A stretch of 39,635 nt of DNA from a virus, in UHGV virus genome UHGV-0096888, one strand, 5' to 3'. Within the stretch, counting starts at the first letter, position 1, and each line of letters starts with the position of its first letter. The position numbers and the translations under genes are program-made. Shown one piece after another: positions 26,819 to 36,537 of the stretch. A model generated the notes under the pieces. The model was not told the origin of the DNA. It worked only from the letters and a program-made list of their open reading frames with translations, and did not search any database.

Positions 26819-26985
26819 TAAAGCAGGGTGATGTTGAGTTGACTTATGCTCACTTCGCCCTGCAGAAACTCCGCTTACTCCCATCTGCTCTGGAATCTAT
26901 GAGCCAGCGGGAGCGTGCTTTCATATATGCAAGCATTGACCTTCGGATAGAGGAAGAGAAGAGGCTTGCCAATCAGATGAAATAG
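26815..26985 (+). CDS. -1 frameshift extension of the tail assembly chaperone (G-T type)
   Basis: Slippery A AAA AAC at 26809-26815; the -1 frame reads LIKQGDVELTYAHFALQKLRLLPS...ERAFIYASIDLRIEEEK. Confidence 0.8.
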   Translation: MIKQGDVELTYAHFALQKLRLLPSALESMSQRERAFIYASIDLRIEEEKRLANQMK

Positions 26986-26995
26986 GAGGTATGTC

Positions 26996-28957
26996 ATGCC
27001 TACATTAAGTGCGATGTTCCGGCTTATGGACGGATACAGCACAACTATAAACAAATTCATCGGAAAAGTAGACGCTGCTTCCACAAAAACACTGGGGGCA
27101 AGCAAAAATACGGATAAACTGAATGACTCCATGGACCGTACTGGTCGTGTTGCAGGAGCAGCAAGTTCCGGGATCGCTAAATTTGTTGGAACAATAGCCA
27201 GTCTTGCAGCGGTGAAGAAGATTGTGGATCTTACTGACAGCTACACCAATACCAACGCCAGGCTGGCTATGATCACAGGAAGCCTTGAAGAACAGAAGGC
27301 ACTTCAAGACGATATTTTCGCCGCAGCTAACCGTGCAAGAGGACAGTATGATGATATGGCTAACGCTGTAGCAAAAATGAAGATGCTGGCGGGCGATGCT
27401 TTCGGAAGCAATCAGGAAGCCATTGGCTTTACAGAACTGCTTCAGAAATCATTGAAAGTATCTGGCGCCGGTACTTCGGAACAACAGTCTGCTTTTCTAC
27501 AGTTGACGCAGGCCATGGCGTCTGGAAAACTGCAAGGGGACGAATTCCGATCCATCATGGAAAATGCACCGATGGTGGCTAATGCGATCGCAAAGTATCT
27601 TGACGTATCAAAAGGTGAATTGAAAGAATTATCATCGGATGGGGCAATTACGGCGGAAATTATTAAAAACGCTATGTTTGATTCTGCTGATGATATCAAT
27701 AAAAAGTTTGAGACGATGCCGCAGACCTTCGGAGATGTGTGGAATAGAATAAAAAATGCGGGAACGCAGGCTTTTGGCGGGGTATTTGAAAAAATTAACA
27801 GTATACTCAATTCTGATGCAGGTCAACAGGCTATAAACAATTTTATTGGGGCAATTTATTGGGCGGGGGACGCAATGAACGAGTTTATTAATTTTTGCGT
27901 TACTGCATGGCCGATGGTATCGCCGTTTATCTGGGCGGCTGTTGCCGCGGTAGGGGCTTATGCGCTTGTTTTGGGCATATCCAATGGACTGGCATTAATA
28001 TCGGCGGTACGTACAGGAGCACAGGCGGTATCAATAGGAATTCTTGCTCTGGCAATGTGGGCATCATCAGGAGCCACATGGGCTGAGGTTACTGCCCAAC
28101 TTGGGCTGAATTCAGCTCTGTATGCCTGCCCAATTGTTTGGATTGTTGGGCTGATACTGGTATTGATTGCAGTATTTTATGCGGCAGTTGCGGCAGTGAA
28201 TCATTTTTCAGGATCAACGATATCGGCAACAGGTATTATCGGTGCAGTAATAGGAGGCTGGGCGGCAGCTGTAATCAACTACTTTATTATGATGTATAAC
28301 ATTATCGCCGAAGTGGTTAATTTCTTTGCTAATGTGTGGAATGATCCAATAGCCGCTGTAAAAATTTTGTTCTATGATCTGGCTTCCACTGTCATCGGAT
28401 ATGTCGCTGAAATGGCCCGATCGATAGAAACTATCATCAATAGAATCCCAGGCGTGAATGTGCAGATCTCTGCAGGATTAGACAATTTTAAGGCAGGACT
28501 TGAAAAAGCGGCTTCGGAAGCGAAAGATGCAGCTGGTTGGAAAGAAATTGTTCAGAAAAAAGATTTCTTGAACGGCGCTGATTTTGCTAATAGAGGCTAT
28601 GATATTGGTGCGGGTCTAGCTGACAGTATATCTAACCCGTTTGCTGGATTTGCTCCTAAAGATAAAGAGGGAATTGATTACAGCCAGTTTGCGACAGATG
28701 GAAGTCCTGCAACTGTGAAGGGTAAAGGAAAGAATGGTGCAGTAAAGGTTGAAAACGAAGAGGATATCGAGTGGATGCGAAAGCTTGCAGAGCGCGATTA
28801 TATTGCCCGCATCTCCCAAAATACGCTTGCGCCAAATATCAAGGTGGAATTCAGCGGTCCGATCACCAAAGAGGCAGATACCGACAACATCATGAGTCAT
28901 GTATCTGAACAGCTCAAAGAAATGATTGCAACTGCTCCAGAGGGGGTGCCGGCCTAA
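26996..28957 (+). CDS. Tape measure protein
   Basis: [24 protein letters not shown] tape-measure motif; hydrophobic central region. Confidence 0.93.
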   Translation: MPTLSAMFRLMDGYSTTINKFIGKVDAASTKTLGASKNTDKLNDSMDRTGRVAGAASSGIAKFVGTIASLAAVKKIVDLTDSYTNTNARLAMITGSLEEQKALQDDIFAAANRARGQYDDMANAVAKMKMLAGDAFGSNQEAIGFTELLQKSLKVSGAGTSEQQSAFLQLTQAMASGKLQGDEFRSIMENAPMVANAIAKYLDVSKGELKELSSDGAITAEIIKNAMFDSADDINKKFETMPQTFGDVWNRIKNAGTQAFGGVFEKINSILNSDAGQQAINNFIGAIYWAGDAMNEFINFCVTAWPMVSPFIWAAVAAVGAYALVLGISNGLALISAVRTGAQAVSIGILALAMWASSGATWAEVTAQLGLNSALYACPIVWIVGLILVLIAVFYAAVAAVNHFSGSTISATGIIGAVIGGWAAAVINYFIMMYNIIAEVVNFFANVWNDPIAAVKILFYDLASTVIGYVAEMARSIETIINRIPGVNVQISAGLDNFKAGLEKAASEAKDAAGWKEIVQKKDFLNGADFANRGYDIGAGLADSISNPFAGFAPKDKEGIDYSQFATDGSPATVKGKGKNGAVKVENEEDIEWMRKLAERDYIARISQNTLAPNIKVEFSGPITKEADTDNIMSHVSEQLKEMIATAPEGVPA

Positions 28958-29613
28958 TGTCATACTCAGTATATTTCAAATATGGCAGCAAGAAATATAA
29001 GCTTCCGGTCAATCCGGAGGAGATTAAGAGATCAAGAGAACTTAATATCGAGACGTATCAGGTGCTGGAGGAAGGACAGGTTTCCATCCCTTCTTACTGT
29101 TCACTTGAAGAATATAGCTTTGAGGCAGAGTTTCCCAGTCAGGACGTCAATTATATGGAGCCGGGCGCAGAGGCTGATGCAGATTATTATGAGAAGATGT
29201 TCCGGAAGGCTCAGAAGAATAAGAAGCCGATCCGGTTCATTGCATCGAATGATATTTCAGATGATATCAGCGTCAAGGTACTGGTAAAGAGTGTAGAGGT
29301 AGTGGAAAAAGCAGGAGAAGAAGGGGATAAGTACATATCGTTGACACTCACAGAGTATAAAGGGGCCGGAAAAAGGTATGTAGCTATCCAGACTCCTGAT
29401 GCTACGGAAAAACAGGAAGAAACGCCTCTTGCTGAGAACCCAGCTGTAACTGCAAATAAAACACATACAGTACAGTCAGGAGATACGCTGTGGGGGATAG
29501 CTAAGAAGTATTATGGGAATGGCAGCCAGTATCAAAAAATTGTGTCAGCAAATCCCAGCATCAAGAATCCAAACCTGATCTATCCGGGCCAGGTATTCAC
29601 TATCCCATCATAG
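28957..29613 (+). CDS. LysM-domain tail tube initiator (XkdP-like)
   Basis: LPVNPEEI at the N-terminus; [18 protein letters not shown]...IYPGQ LysM domain. Confidence 0.92.
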   Translation: MSYSVYFKYGSKKYKLPVNPEEIKRSRELNIETYQVLEEGQVSIPSYCSLEEYSFEAEFPSQDVNYMEPGAEADADYYEKMFRKAQKNKKPIRFIASNDISDDISVKVLVKSVEVVEKAGEEGDKYISLTLTEYKGAGKRYVAIQTPDATEKQEETPLAENPAVTANKTHTVQSGDTLWGIAKKYYGNGSQYQKIVSANPSIKNPNLIYPGQVFTIPS

Positions 29614-29622
29614 GAGGTGTAT

Positions 29623-30576
29623 ATGGAAGTATTAGTCGAAACAGGAGGATATATATACGACATATCAGGCATGTGTACGGAAATATCCTGGTCGGATATT
29701 CTTAATGATGGATCCAGCAGCATGGATATCTCGTATATCAATGATGATCTTATATTGCAAAACGGAGATGTTGTTCGCCTGACTGATAACGATCAGGCTG
29801 ATGGCATCTTTTTTGGAACTGTTTTTAAGGTATCCGGTGACGAATCCGGAATTATTAAGGTTAAAGTCTATGACCAGCTACGGTATGCGAAAGCAAAGGA
29901 GATTATTGTGCTGGAAAATGGGACACTGAAGAACCTGGTACAGAATATGTGCACCTTTTTGTCTCTGAACCCCGGTACGCTGGAGGAACCGGGATATGTA
30001 TTACCGACCATTGCAGATTCGGATAAAACATGGCTTGATGAAGTGACGCAGGCCATCTCTGATACGCTGATTGCGACACAGGAGATGTATTGCGTCCGTG
30101 ATGAGTATGGATCTATATGCCTCTGGAATATGCGAAATTTGCAGCTCCCGCTTGTATTGGGAGACCGGAGCCTGTGCACCGGCTACAGCTGGGAGAAATC
30201 CATTGATGATGATTTTTACAACCGGATCAAGGTAGGCTGGAAAGATGAAAATAGCAAGAAAATGGACGTGGGTGCCGCTGCTGATCAGGAATCCATAAAC
30301 CGGTATGGCCTTCTCCAATATTTCGAAACATCAGCTTCCGGGATTGATAATGCGGCAAAAGCGCAGGAGCGGGCGAACAATCTTCTTAAACTGTATAACC
30401 ATGAGAAAGAGACACTGAAACTGGAATGCCTGGGAGATCTCCGGGTGCGTGCCGGAAACAGCATCTATGGAAGCATAAATGAGATTGGACTGGGCCACAG
30501 GCTGATCGTGAAAAAGGTTACACACGATTTCCTGCCGGTTCACACTATGAAAGTTGAGGTGATGGCTGGTGAGTGA
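29623..30576 (+). CDS. Baseplate hub protein (XkdQ-like)
   Basis: FFGTVF...YDQLRY...[11 protein letters not shown]...YGLLQY...RAGNSI. Confidence 0.88.
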   Translation: MEVLVETGGYIYDISGMCTEISWSDILNDGSSSMDISYINDDLILQNGDVVRLTDNDQADGIFFGTVFKVSGDESGIIKVKVYDQLRYAKAKEIIVLENGTLKNLVQNMCTFLSLNPGTLEEPGYVLPTIADSDKTWLDEVTQAISDTLIATQEMYCVRDEYGSICLWNMRNLQLPLVLGDRSLCTGYSWEKSIDDDFYNRIKVGWKDENSKKMDVGAAADQESINRYGLLQYFETSASGIDNAAKAQERANNLLKLYNHEKETLKLECLGDLRVRAGNSIYGSINEIGLGHRLIVKKVTHDFLPVHTMKVEVMAGE

Positions 30577-30844
30577 CAGGAATGGAGCGAACGAGCTGTT
30601 TAATGTCATAAAAACGATAGTAAACAATTACCTGAATAACCGGAAGGTGACTGCGGTAGTGATCGGGGAGTACAAAGGGGGTGCTGTTATGGTCGGAGAT
30701 CTTCCAGTTCCTATGAGCATGGTAACAGGGAACATGAAAACCAGACTGGCCAGTGGCGACAAGGTGCGGCTGCTCCGTAACGATGGCGGCCGGGAGTACT
30801 ATATTCTGGAAATCATTGGAAAACCATATCAGACAGGAGGATAA
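30569..30844 (+). CDS. Baseplate spike-like protein (DUF2577/XkdR-like)
   Basis: [22 protein letters not shown] motif. Confidence 0.75.
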   Translation: MSDRNGANELFNVIKTIVNNYLNNRKVTAVVIGEYKGGAVMVGDLPVPMSMVTGNMKTRLASGDKVRLLRNDGGREYYILEIIGKPYQTGG

Positions 30845-30845
30845 C

Positions 30846-31229
30846 ATGAAACTTACAACCGGCATGGTGCTCCGGGAACGGATTTTTGAAGGGAAGACTT
30901 ATAAAGTATTGCCCTGTAAGATAGAAGGGTACGTAGACGATCTGGAAGCATTAAAGCAGGCTATTTATAAGGTACTTGATACCGAACAGTATGAGTACCC
31001 CGTATACAGTTTCAGTTATGGAATTGCATGGAAAGAACTGATCGGAGAGGAGCAGCCCTATGTACGGGCAGAAATGAAGAGAATGATACAGGAAGCATTG
31101 TTGCGTGACGACAGGATACGGGAAGTTGATGGATTCAGCTTTTCTTTTACTGGGGACACGTGCCAATGTTCTTTTAATGTCTTCAGTATTTATGGAGATA
31201 TCGAAATAGAAACGGAGGTGCCTGTATGA
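30846..31229 (+). CDS. Baseplate wedge/sheath initiator (DUF2634/XkdS-like)
   Basis: EALKQAIYKVLDTEQYEYPVYSFSYG...EALLRDDRI. Confidence 0.88.
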   Translation: MKLTTGMVLRERIFEGKTYKVLPCKIEGYVDDLEALKQAIYKVLDTEQYEYPVYSFSYGIAWKELIGEEQPYVRAEMKRMIQEALLRDDRIREVDGFSFSFTGDTCQCSFNVFSIYGDIEIETEVPV

Positions 31230-32251
31230 CGTATGAAGAATTGCTGCAGGCCATGCTGAATAAAGTACCCGGCAGCGTGGATAAGCGGGAAGGAAGCGTT
31301 ATTTATGATGCGCTGGCACCTTGTGCGTACTTTCTGGCACAGCAGAATTTCCAATTGGAAAACTATCTGGATCTGATCTTTCCGGATACCGCAGTCGGCA
31401 AGTATCTTGACAGGGCAGTAGCTGCGTTCGGTGTAACGAGGAAACCGGGCAGCGCTGCAGTGCGAAAAATGATAACAACAGGAGCAGTTCCGATCGGCAG
31501 CCGCTGGGGGCTAAACTCCCTGGTCTATACTGTCACAAGGGAACTGGCGTCTGGTACGGAGTACGAGGCTGAGTGCGAAACTCCGGGTGACATTGGAAAC
31601 CAGTATTCAGGATCCGTGCAGCCGATATCAAATATAACGGGAGTGAACGCGGAACTGACTGACCTCATAACAGCAGGAGCTGACGAGGAGACGGACGGGG
31701 CCCTGCGGGAGAGATTCCTGCAAAAAGTGCAGCTGCCAGCCACGTCAGGAAATGCATACCACTATAAGTTATGGGCTTTAGATGTGCCAGGTGTCGGAGA
31801 TGCCAGGGTATTTCCACTGGCCAGTGGTCCTGGTACCGTGACGGTCCTAATTGTGGACAACGATAAAAATATAGACACATCTCTGGAAAGCGCAGTATCG
31901 GCTTATATGGAAACGGTCCGCCCCATCGGAGCAAATGTCACGATCGACAGCCCGTCTTCCATGGCTGTCAACGTCGTGGCTGATGTTACCCTGGACGGCA
32001 GCAAAGCCAAAGATGATGTGCTGCAGGCATTCCGGGTATCTCTAAACACGTACCTAAAAGGACTGGTATTTACGGATTATCGTGTGAGTTATGCCCGGAT
32101 CGGGAGCCTGCTCCTGGCCACGGAGGGTGTACAGGATTATGACAACTTAAAATTGAATGGCGCCATGGCAAATGTGATTATTAATGATAAAGCTATTCCG
32201 GTTATGGGAACTGTAGATTTTTCGGAGGTGAGGATCTATGGAATTAATTAA
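31226..32251 (+). CDS. Baseplate J-like protein (XkdT-like)
   Basis: DKREGSVIYDALAP...GADEETDGALRER...SGNAYHY..WA. Confidence 0.92.
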   Translation: MTYEELLQAMLNKVPGSVDKREGSVIYDALAPCAYFLAQQNFQLENYLDLIFPDTAVGKYLDRAVAAFGVTRKPGSAAVRKMITTGAVPIGSRWGLNSLVYTVTRELASGTEYEAECETPGDIGNQYSGSVQPISNITGVNAELTDLITAGADEETDGALRERFLQKVQLPATSGNAYHYKLWALDVPGVGDARVFPLASGPGTVTVLIVDNDKNIDTSLESAVSAYMETVRPIGANVTIDSPSSMAVNVVADVTLDGSKAKDDVLQAFRVSLNTYLKGLVFTDYRVSYARIGSLLLATEGVQDYDNLKLNGAMANVIINDKAIPVMGTVDFSEVRIYGIN

Positions 32252-32867
32252 ACTGCTTCCGGACTATTATGAAAACAATGAGACGATGAAGACGTTGCAG
32301 AGCATTATTTCTGAGCAGACAGATGGCCTTGACACAGAAATGTATAAGACCATCGATAACTGCTTTGTGGGATCTGCTTCGGATACGCTTGCCCGATACG
32401 AACGATTACTGGGCCTGGTCCCTGACGCCGCTAAATCCGACCGGTATCGCCAGGAACGCATTAAGGCGAAGATATCCGGAGCTGGGACAACAACTGCTTC
32501 GCTGATTCAGAACATTGCGGAAAGTTTTACGAATGCTGCGGTTAATATTGTGGAGAATTTTCCCGCGTATACGATTACCATCCGGTTCACAGGGACATCG
32601 GGCATTCCGGGAAATATGGCGGATATTAAACAGACGATAGAAGAGGCAGTACCAGCGCACCTGAAAGTGTTGTATGAGTATATTTTTAACACCTATGGAG
32701 CAGTCGGAACTTTTACGCATGCAGAACTGGCGGCGTATACCCATGAGCGGATCCGTGGCGGACACCTTAAAAACAGAATTCAGGAGCTACAGAGATATCA
32801 ATATATGGAACTATCACAGCTGACACATGAAGATTTATCGAAAGGAGAGTTACCGAATGGCAACTAA
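32238..32867 (+). CDS. Baseplate protein (DUF2313/YmfQ/XkdU-like)
   Basis: LLPDYY...LARYERLLGL...AVPAHL. Confidence 0.85.
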   Translation: MELIKLLPDYYENNETMKTLQSIISEQTDGLDTEMYKTIDNCFVGSASDTLARYERLLGLVPDAAKSDRYRQERIKAKISGAGTTTASLIQNIAESFTNAAVNIVENFPAYTITIRFTGTSGIPGNMADIKQTIEEAVPAHLKVLYEYIFNTYGAVGTFTHAELAAYTHERIRGGHLKNRIQELQRYQYMELSQLTHEDLSKGELPNGN

Positions 32868-33528
32868 TACGACAAATTATAATTTCAAGAAACCAGATGA
32901 GAGCGATTTCTACTCAGTTCAGGATCAGAACAATAACTGGGATAAAGCAGATGCTGCATTGAAAGACCTGGATACACCGACTTTTGAGGATTATTCCGGC
33001 AGCACAACCGTCCCAGATGCGGCCACAGCAATTGGCAATATTAAAAGCAGAGGAAAACTATCAACAACATTTAGTAATATCAAAGCGGCTTTTAAAGGGG
33101 CATGCCTGATCGGCCAGATCATAAATAACTGTGTGACTGATAACGCGAAATTGCCTCTCTCAGCCGCTCAGGGAAAGGCGCTGATGGATCTGTATACTAA
33201 GTTAAATAGTGATTTAGCGGGTAAACTTGACAGCAGTGTTATCACAGCTCAGTACAACAAGCTCCAGATCGGAAATGTTAAAATCCAATTTGGTGCATTG
33301 GAATGTGGTGTCAATTTTAATGGACAGGCAAGCCTTGTATTTCCAGAAGGATACAGCGGAGAAAGCCTTTATCGTTGCATGGCAGTGCCTATGTCCGGAT
33401 CATATGCAGTACGATCAATCACTAATAGCGGTAATAATAACTCGTTGGCTCTTTTGTTCGACAGCAACGATATTAAGCCTGAATATCAAAGCAAAATCTG
33501 GATGCAGTATATTGTGATTGGAACATAA
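32857..33528 (+). CDS. Tail fibre / receptor-binding protein (constant N-terminus plus variable tip A)
   Basis: TTNYNFKKPDESDFY...NWDKAD fibre N-terminus; LPLSAAQGKALMD motif; beta-rich tip ending YIVIGT. Confidence 0.85.
   Translation: MATNTTNYNFKKPDESDFYSVQDQNNNWDKADAALKDLDTPTFEDYSGSTTVPDAATAIGNIKSRGKLSTTFSNIKAAFKGACLIGQIINNCVTDNAKLPLSAAQGKALMDLYTKLNSDLAGKLDSSVITAQYNKLQIGNVKIQFGALECGVNFNGQASLVFPEGYSGESLYRCMAVPMSGSYAVRSITNSGNNNSLALLFDSNDIKPEYQSKIWMQYIVIGT
33196..33218 (+). repeat. Left inversion site of the tail-fibre cassette
   Basis: ACTAAGTTAAATAGTGATTTAGC; inverted copy at 33790-33812 (20/23 identical, 13-bp exact core). Confidence 0.85.
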
Positions 33529-33536
33529 ATGATTAT

Positions 33537-33802
33537 TTACATAAACGTAATCCATCGTATATCACCAGATACGGCTGCATCGGACGGATTATATGCCTGT
33601 AATTTATGCCCTATTTGAGTACGCTTACCAGCGATGGCAATCAATTTGCATCCGATAGAGCTATCAAATGCAATCACATAAGGCGTGGAAGTATATGTTT
33701 TGGTATATATAACATCGTATTCTGCGTACCCTTTTGCCGGTACGTCTTTAAATTGGTAATATCCTGTCTCAATAATATGCATTGTGTTAGCTAAATCACT
33801 AT
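33537..33802 (-). CDS. Silent alternative tail-fibre C-terminus (tip B), inverted
   Basis: Reads SDLANTMHIIETGYYQF...VIYTKTYTSTPYVIA...IRWITFM in frame with the repeat core; no RBS of its own. Confidence 0.8.
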
Positions 33803-33812
33803 ATCATTTAGT
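33790..33812 (-). repeat. Right inversion site of the tail-fibre cassette
   Basis: Minus strand ACTAAATGATATAGTGATTTAGC. Confidence 0.85.
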
Positions 33813-33836
33813 CAACACCATAAAAATGGAAAATTC

Positions 33837-33858
33837 AGGCCCACATTGGGCCTTTTAT
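33837..33858 (+). terminator. Terminator-like hairpin after the invertible cassette
   Basis: AGGCCCA-CAT-TGGGCCT-TTTA. Confidence 0.55.
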
Positions 33859-33892
33859 TATACATAAAAATTCAGAAAGGAAGTAAAAAGTC

Positions 33893-34633
33893 ATGGAAAA
33901 AATTAAAATTGGAACTCAGGAGGCACTTTTTGAGATCGAGTCGATCCGTCCGGTATCGGAAAATGTCATGCAGCTTGTATTTCCTGATACCATGCCATCT
34001 GTATGGGGGGATATTACCATCTATACGGACGACGGAACAGAAGCTACTACGATCACAGGATATGAGACTCTGTATCGTGACGAGGGACAGACAGTGTATC
34101 TCAGTAATGATGGAAGTGTCTATACAGCGCCTGAGACGCCAGAGGGACCGGGAGAACCGCCGGAGCCATATATTCCAACACTGGAGGAGCTGCAGGCCGC
34201 AAAACGCCGGGAGATATCCGTAGCTTGCCAGCAGATTATCTATCAGGGCGTGAATGTTCCACTATCAGATGGCAGTACCGATCATTTCTCGTTGACGATC
34301 GAGGACCAGCTTAATCTTTTCGGTAAGCAGATCCAGGTAACCTCTGGTGCTGCTCAAATTGAGTATCATGCAGACGGCCAGCCGTGCCGTTTTTACAGCG
34401 CGGAAGATATGCAGGCTATCATTACGGCAGCCATGTGGCACGTAAGTTACCATACGACCTACTGTAACGCGATTAATATGTGGATTGCAGGTTGTGAGAC
34501 TGCTGAAGAGGTCCAGGCCATTTTTTACGGTGCAGATGTTCCACCGGCATACCAGTCAGAGGTGCTGCAGTCTTATCTGATTCAGATAGCTGCACAGGTG
34601 GGAGGTACTGGAGATGATAAGGATCATGCGTAA
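33893..34633 (+). CDS. Tail-fibre-associated protein (DUF4376-like)
   Basis: PTLEELQAAKRREIS..C...HFSLTIEDQLNL...YHADGQPCRFYS; position after fibre. Confidence 0.7.
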   Translation: MEKIKIGTQEALFEIESIRPVSENVMQLVFPDTMPSVWGDITIYTDDGTEATTITGYETLYRDEGQTVYLSNDGSVYTAPETPEGPGEPPEPYIPTLEELQAAKRREISVACQQIIYQGVNVPLSDGSTDHFSLTIEDQLNLFGKQIQVTSGAAQIEYHADGQPCRFYSAEDMQAIITAAMWHVSYHTTYCNAINMWIAGCETAEEVQAIFYGADVPPAYQSEVLQSYLIQIAAQVGGTGDDKDHA

Positions 34634-35033
34634 GTACCTAGTGTTGATGGCTACTGGCGGTCTGTTGTATGTAGTGCTGGAGATGGTCTGGCGCGGCCGG
34701 AGCCACTGGACCATGTTTTTACTGGGCGGGACTTGCTTTATCTGCCTGGGGCTGATCAATGAGATCCTGCCGTGGCGCATGGCGCTGTGGAAGCAGATCC
34801 TGATCGGCACTGGAATCATCACAGTACTGGAGTTCCTGACCGGTTGTGCGGTCAACCTATGGCTGGGCTGGAATGTGTGGAATTACAACGGGCTGCCTGG
34901 TAATATACTCGGCCAGATATGCCCGCAGTATTGTCTTCTGTGGCTGCCGGTAAGCCTGGCCGGAATCGTCATGGACGATTGGCTGCGGTACTGGTGGTGG
35001 GGTGAGGAGAGGCCGCGATATAGAATATTTTGA
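34614..35033 (+). CDS. Membrane protein (DUF1113 / putative ABC-permease-like family)
   Basis: GGLLYVVLEMVWRGRSHWTMF..GG...WNYNGLPGNILGQIC. Confidence 0.8.
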   Translation: MIRIMRKYLVLMATGGLLYVVLEMVWRGRSHWTMFLLGGTCFICLGLINEILPWRMALWKQILIGTGIITVLEFLTGCAVNLWLGWNVWNYNGLPGNILGQICPQYCLLWLPVSLAGIVMDDWLRYWWWGEERPRYRIF

Positions 35034-35049
35034 AAGGACGGTGCCATAT

Positions 35050-35367
35050 GTGATTGAGACGGAGATTATAGAGCGCCTGACGAAGGTAGAGGAGCGATCA
35101 AAGAGTAATACTCACCAGATAGATGATCTGAAGCCGGTTATCAATGAGATCCATACAATGTCTAAGACTATGGTGGAGTTGATTGGTGAGGTGAAATATA
35201 CAAATGAGAATGTGTCAGAATTAAAAGACAAAGTAGAAATTTTGGAAAAAGAACCGGCAAAGCAATGGTCGAATACTAAAAAAACATTTTTTACATCAAT
35301 TACCAGCTCCATCGGAACAGCGGTGGCGGCTGGTATTTTGTATTTATTAAGTAGAGGAGGATTTTGA
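35050..35367 (+). CDS. XhlA-like lysis accessory protein
   Basis: ERLTKVEERSKSNTHQIDDL coiled coil plus C-terminal TM helix. Confidence 0.7.
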   Translation: MIETEIIERLTKVEERSKSNTHQIDDLKPVINEIHTMSKTMVELIGEVKYTNENVSELKDKVEILEKEPAKQWSNTKKTFFTSITSSIGTAVAAGILYLLSRGGF

Positions 35368-35368
35368 T

Positions 35369-35578
35369 ATGAGTGAGAAAACAAAGAGATGGATTAAGGC
35401 CGCAGGAATCAGGGCACTCAAGACCATGGCGCAGACCGCAGTCGCTACGATCGGCACAGCTGCCGTGCTGGGTGATGTCAATGGACCGATGGTAATCAGC
35501 GCGTCGGTGCTGGCCGGGGTGCTGTCGTTGCTTACCAGCGTAGCCGGGCTGCCGGAGTTAGACAGTGGGGCCGCTTAA
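35369..35578 (+). CDS. Holin (r1t-like family)
   Basis: WIKAAGIRALKTMAQTAVA...SLLTSVAGLPE. Confidence 0.88.
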   Translation: MSEKTKRWIKAAGIRALKTMAQTAVATIGTAAVLGDVNGPMVISASVLAGVLSLLTSVAGLPELDSGAA

Positions 35579-35660
35579 GGAGGTGATCCTGCATCTCCCG
35601 GCCGGCGGGGTGAGAGTCGGAGCTGTTGCTATATCGCAGCGGTTGTAATATCACAACTTT
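35578..35660 (+). ncRNA. Structured RNA between holin and endolysin (recalls the skipping-rope motif)
   Basis: GGAGGTGAT/ATCTCC stem, loop ATCCTGC complementary to GCGGGGT, then two further hairpins; family name from memory only. Confidence 0.45.
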
Positions 35661-35663
35661 TTG

Positions 35664-35695
35664 GGGCCTGGGGATTCCGGGCCCTTTTCTTTTTT
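35664..35695 (+). terminator. Intrinsic terminator before endolysin
   Basis: GGGCCTGG-GGATT-CCGGGCCC-TTTTCTTTTTT. Confidence 0.75.
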
Positions 35696-35709
35696 GAAGG
35701 AGGACGATT

Positions 35710-36459
35710 ATGTTACCTATTACGAAACAGATCAAACAGATTAATTGCTATGCAAGTCAGAATCACCCAAAGTACATTGTAATCCATGAGACTGACAATT
35801 TTAACCGTGGCGCCGGGGCTGCCGCTCATTCCAGGGCGCATAATAATTGCAATCTGGCTACATCGGTTCATTATTACGTTGATGATGTAGCAATCTACCA
35901 GACACTCAACCATACAGACGGAGCATGGGCTGTCGGCAAGCAGTACGGCACGCCGCTGGTGGCTGGAGTCAATAACAACAACACGATCAATATCGAGATC
36001 TGCGTTAATCCGGACAGCAACTACGACAAAGCGCGGCTTAACTGTGTAGACCTGGTACGGCACCTGATTCAGGAGACGGGGATCCCCGCCGATCGGGTGA
36101 TCCGGCATTACGATGCAAAGCGTAAATGGTGTCCGCGTAAGATGATGGACAGCCCGGAGTTATGGACGGACTTCTGCCTGAGGATTCGCGGACAGGCGGA
36201 CGAGGTGAAGAGCTTCGAGGACGGCACCGGGAACTGGCATTTTACGATTAATGGCGAGTTGCAGAAAAACCGCTGGGTGAAATATAAGAATAAGTGGTTC
36301 TACGTGGACGATTACGGGAACATGGTTACTGGATACACTGTGATTGGCGGCCTGGCCTATGTGCTTAACCCATCAAAGGCTGATATGGAGACATATGGGG
36401 CGCTGATGGTAACGAATAACCTTGCACAGGGCAATCTTGAGGTGCAGTGGGTGGAATAG
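35710..36459 (+). CDS. Endolysin: N-acetylmuramoyl-L-alanine amidase (Amidase_2) with cell-wall-binding repeats
   Basis: YIVIHET, SVHYYVD, NIEIC, RHYDAKRKWCP; C-terminal WVKYKNKWFYVDDYGNMVTG repeat. Confidence 0.92.
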   Translation: MLPITKQIKQINCYASQNHPKYIVIHETDNFNRGAGAAAHSRAHNNCNLATSVHYYVDDVAIYQTLNHTDGAWAVGKQYGTPLVAGVNNNNTINIEICVNPDSNYDKARLNCVDLVRHLIQETGIPADRVIRHYDAKRKWCPRKMMDSPELWTDFCLRIRGQADEVKSFEDGTGNWHFTINGELQKNRWVKYKNKWFYVDDYGNMVTGYTVIGGLAYVLNPSKADMETYGALMVTNNLAQGNLEVQWVE

Positions 36460-36485
36460 CAAACAACAGAATAATGATGTGACTG

Positions 36486-36514
36486 AAGCTCTGGGAGGAA
36501 TCCTGGGGCTTTTT
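36486..36514 (+). terminator. Terminator after endolysin
   Basis: AAGCTCTGGGA-GGAA-TCCTGGGGCTTTTT. Confidence 0.7.
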
Positions 36515-36537
36515 AAATTGAAAGGAAGGTATATTTT

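Noticed and set aside
32857..33812. Diversity-generating retroelement acting on the tail fibre
   Set aside because: No reverse transcriptase and no TR/VR pair differing at adenines; the inverted sites explain the variation
35578..35660. HDV-like/theta ribozyme or tRNA
   Set aside because: Could not fit the nested double-pseudoknot or a cloverleaf by eye; no tRNA seen anywhere in the window
36486..36514. 12-bp identity (AAGCTCTGGGAG) with the terminator at ~697 as a possible att core
   Set aside because: Both are stems of ordinary terminators, and serine integrases do not need such a core duplication; recombination between them would not fit the gene order
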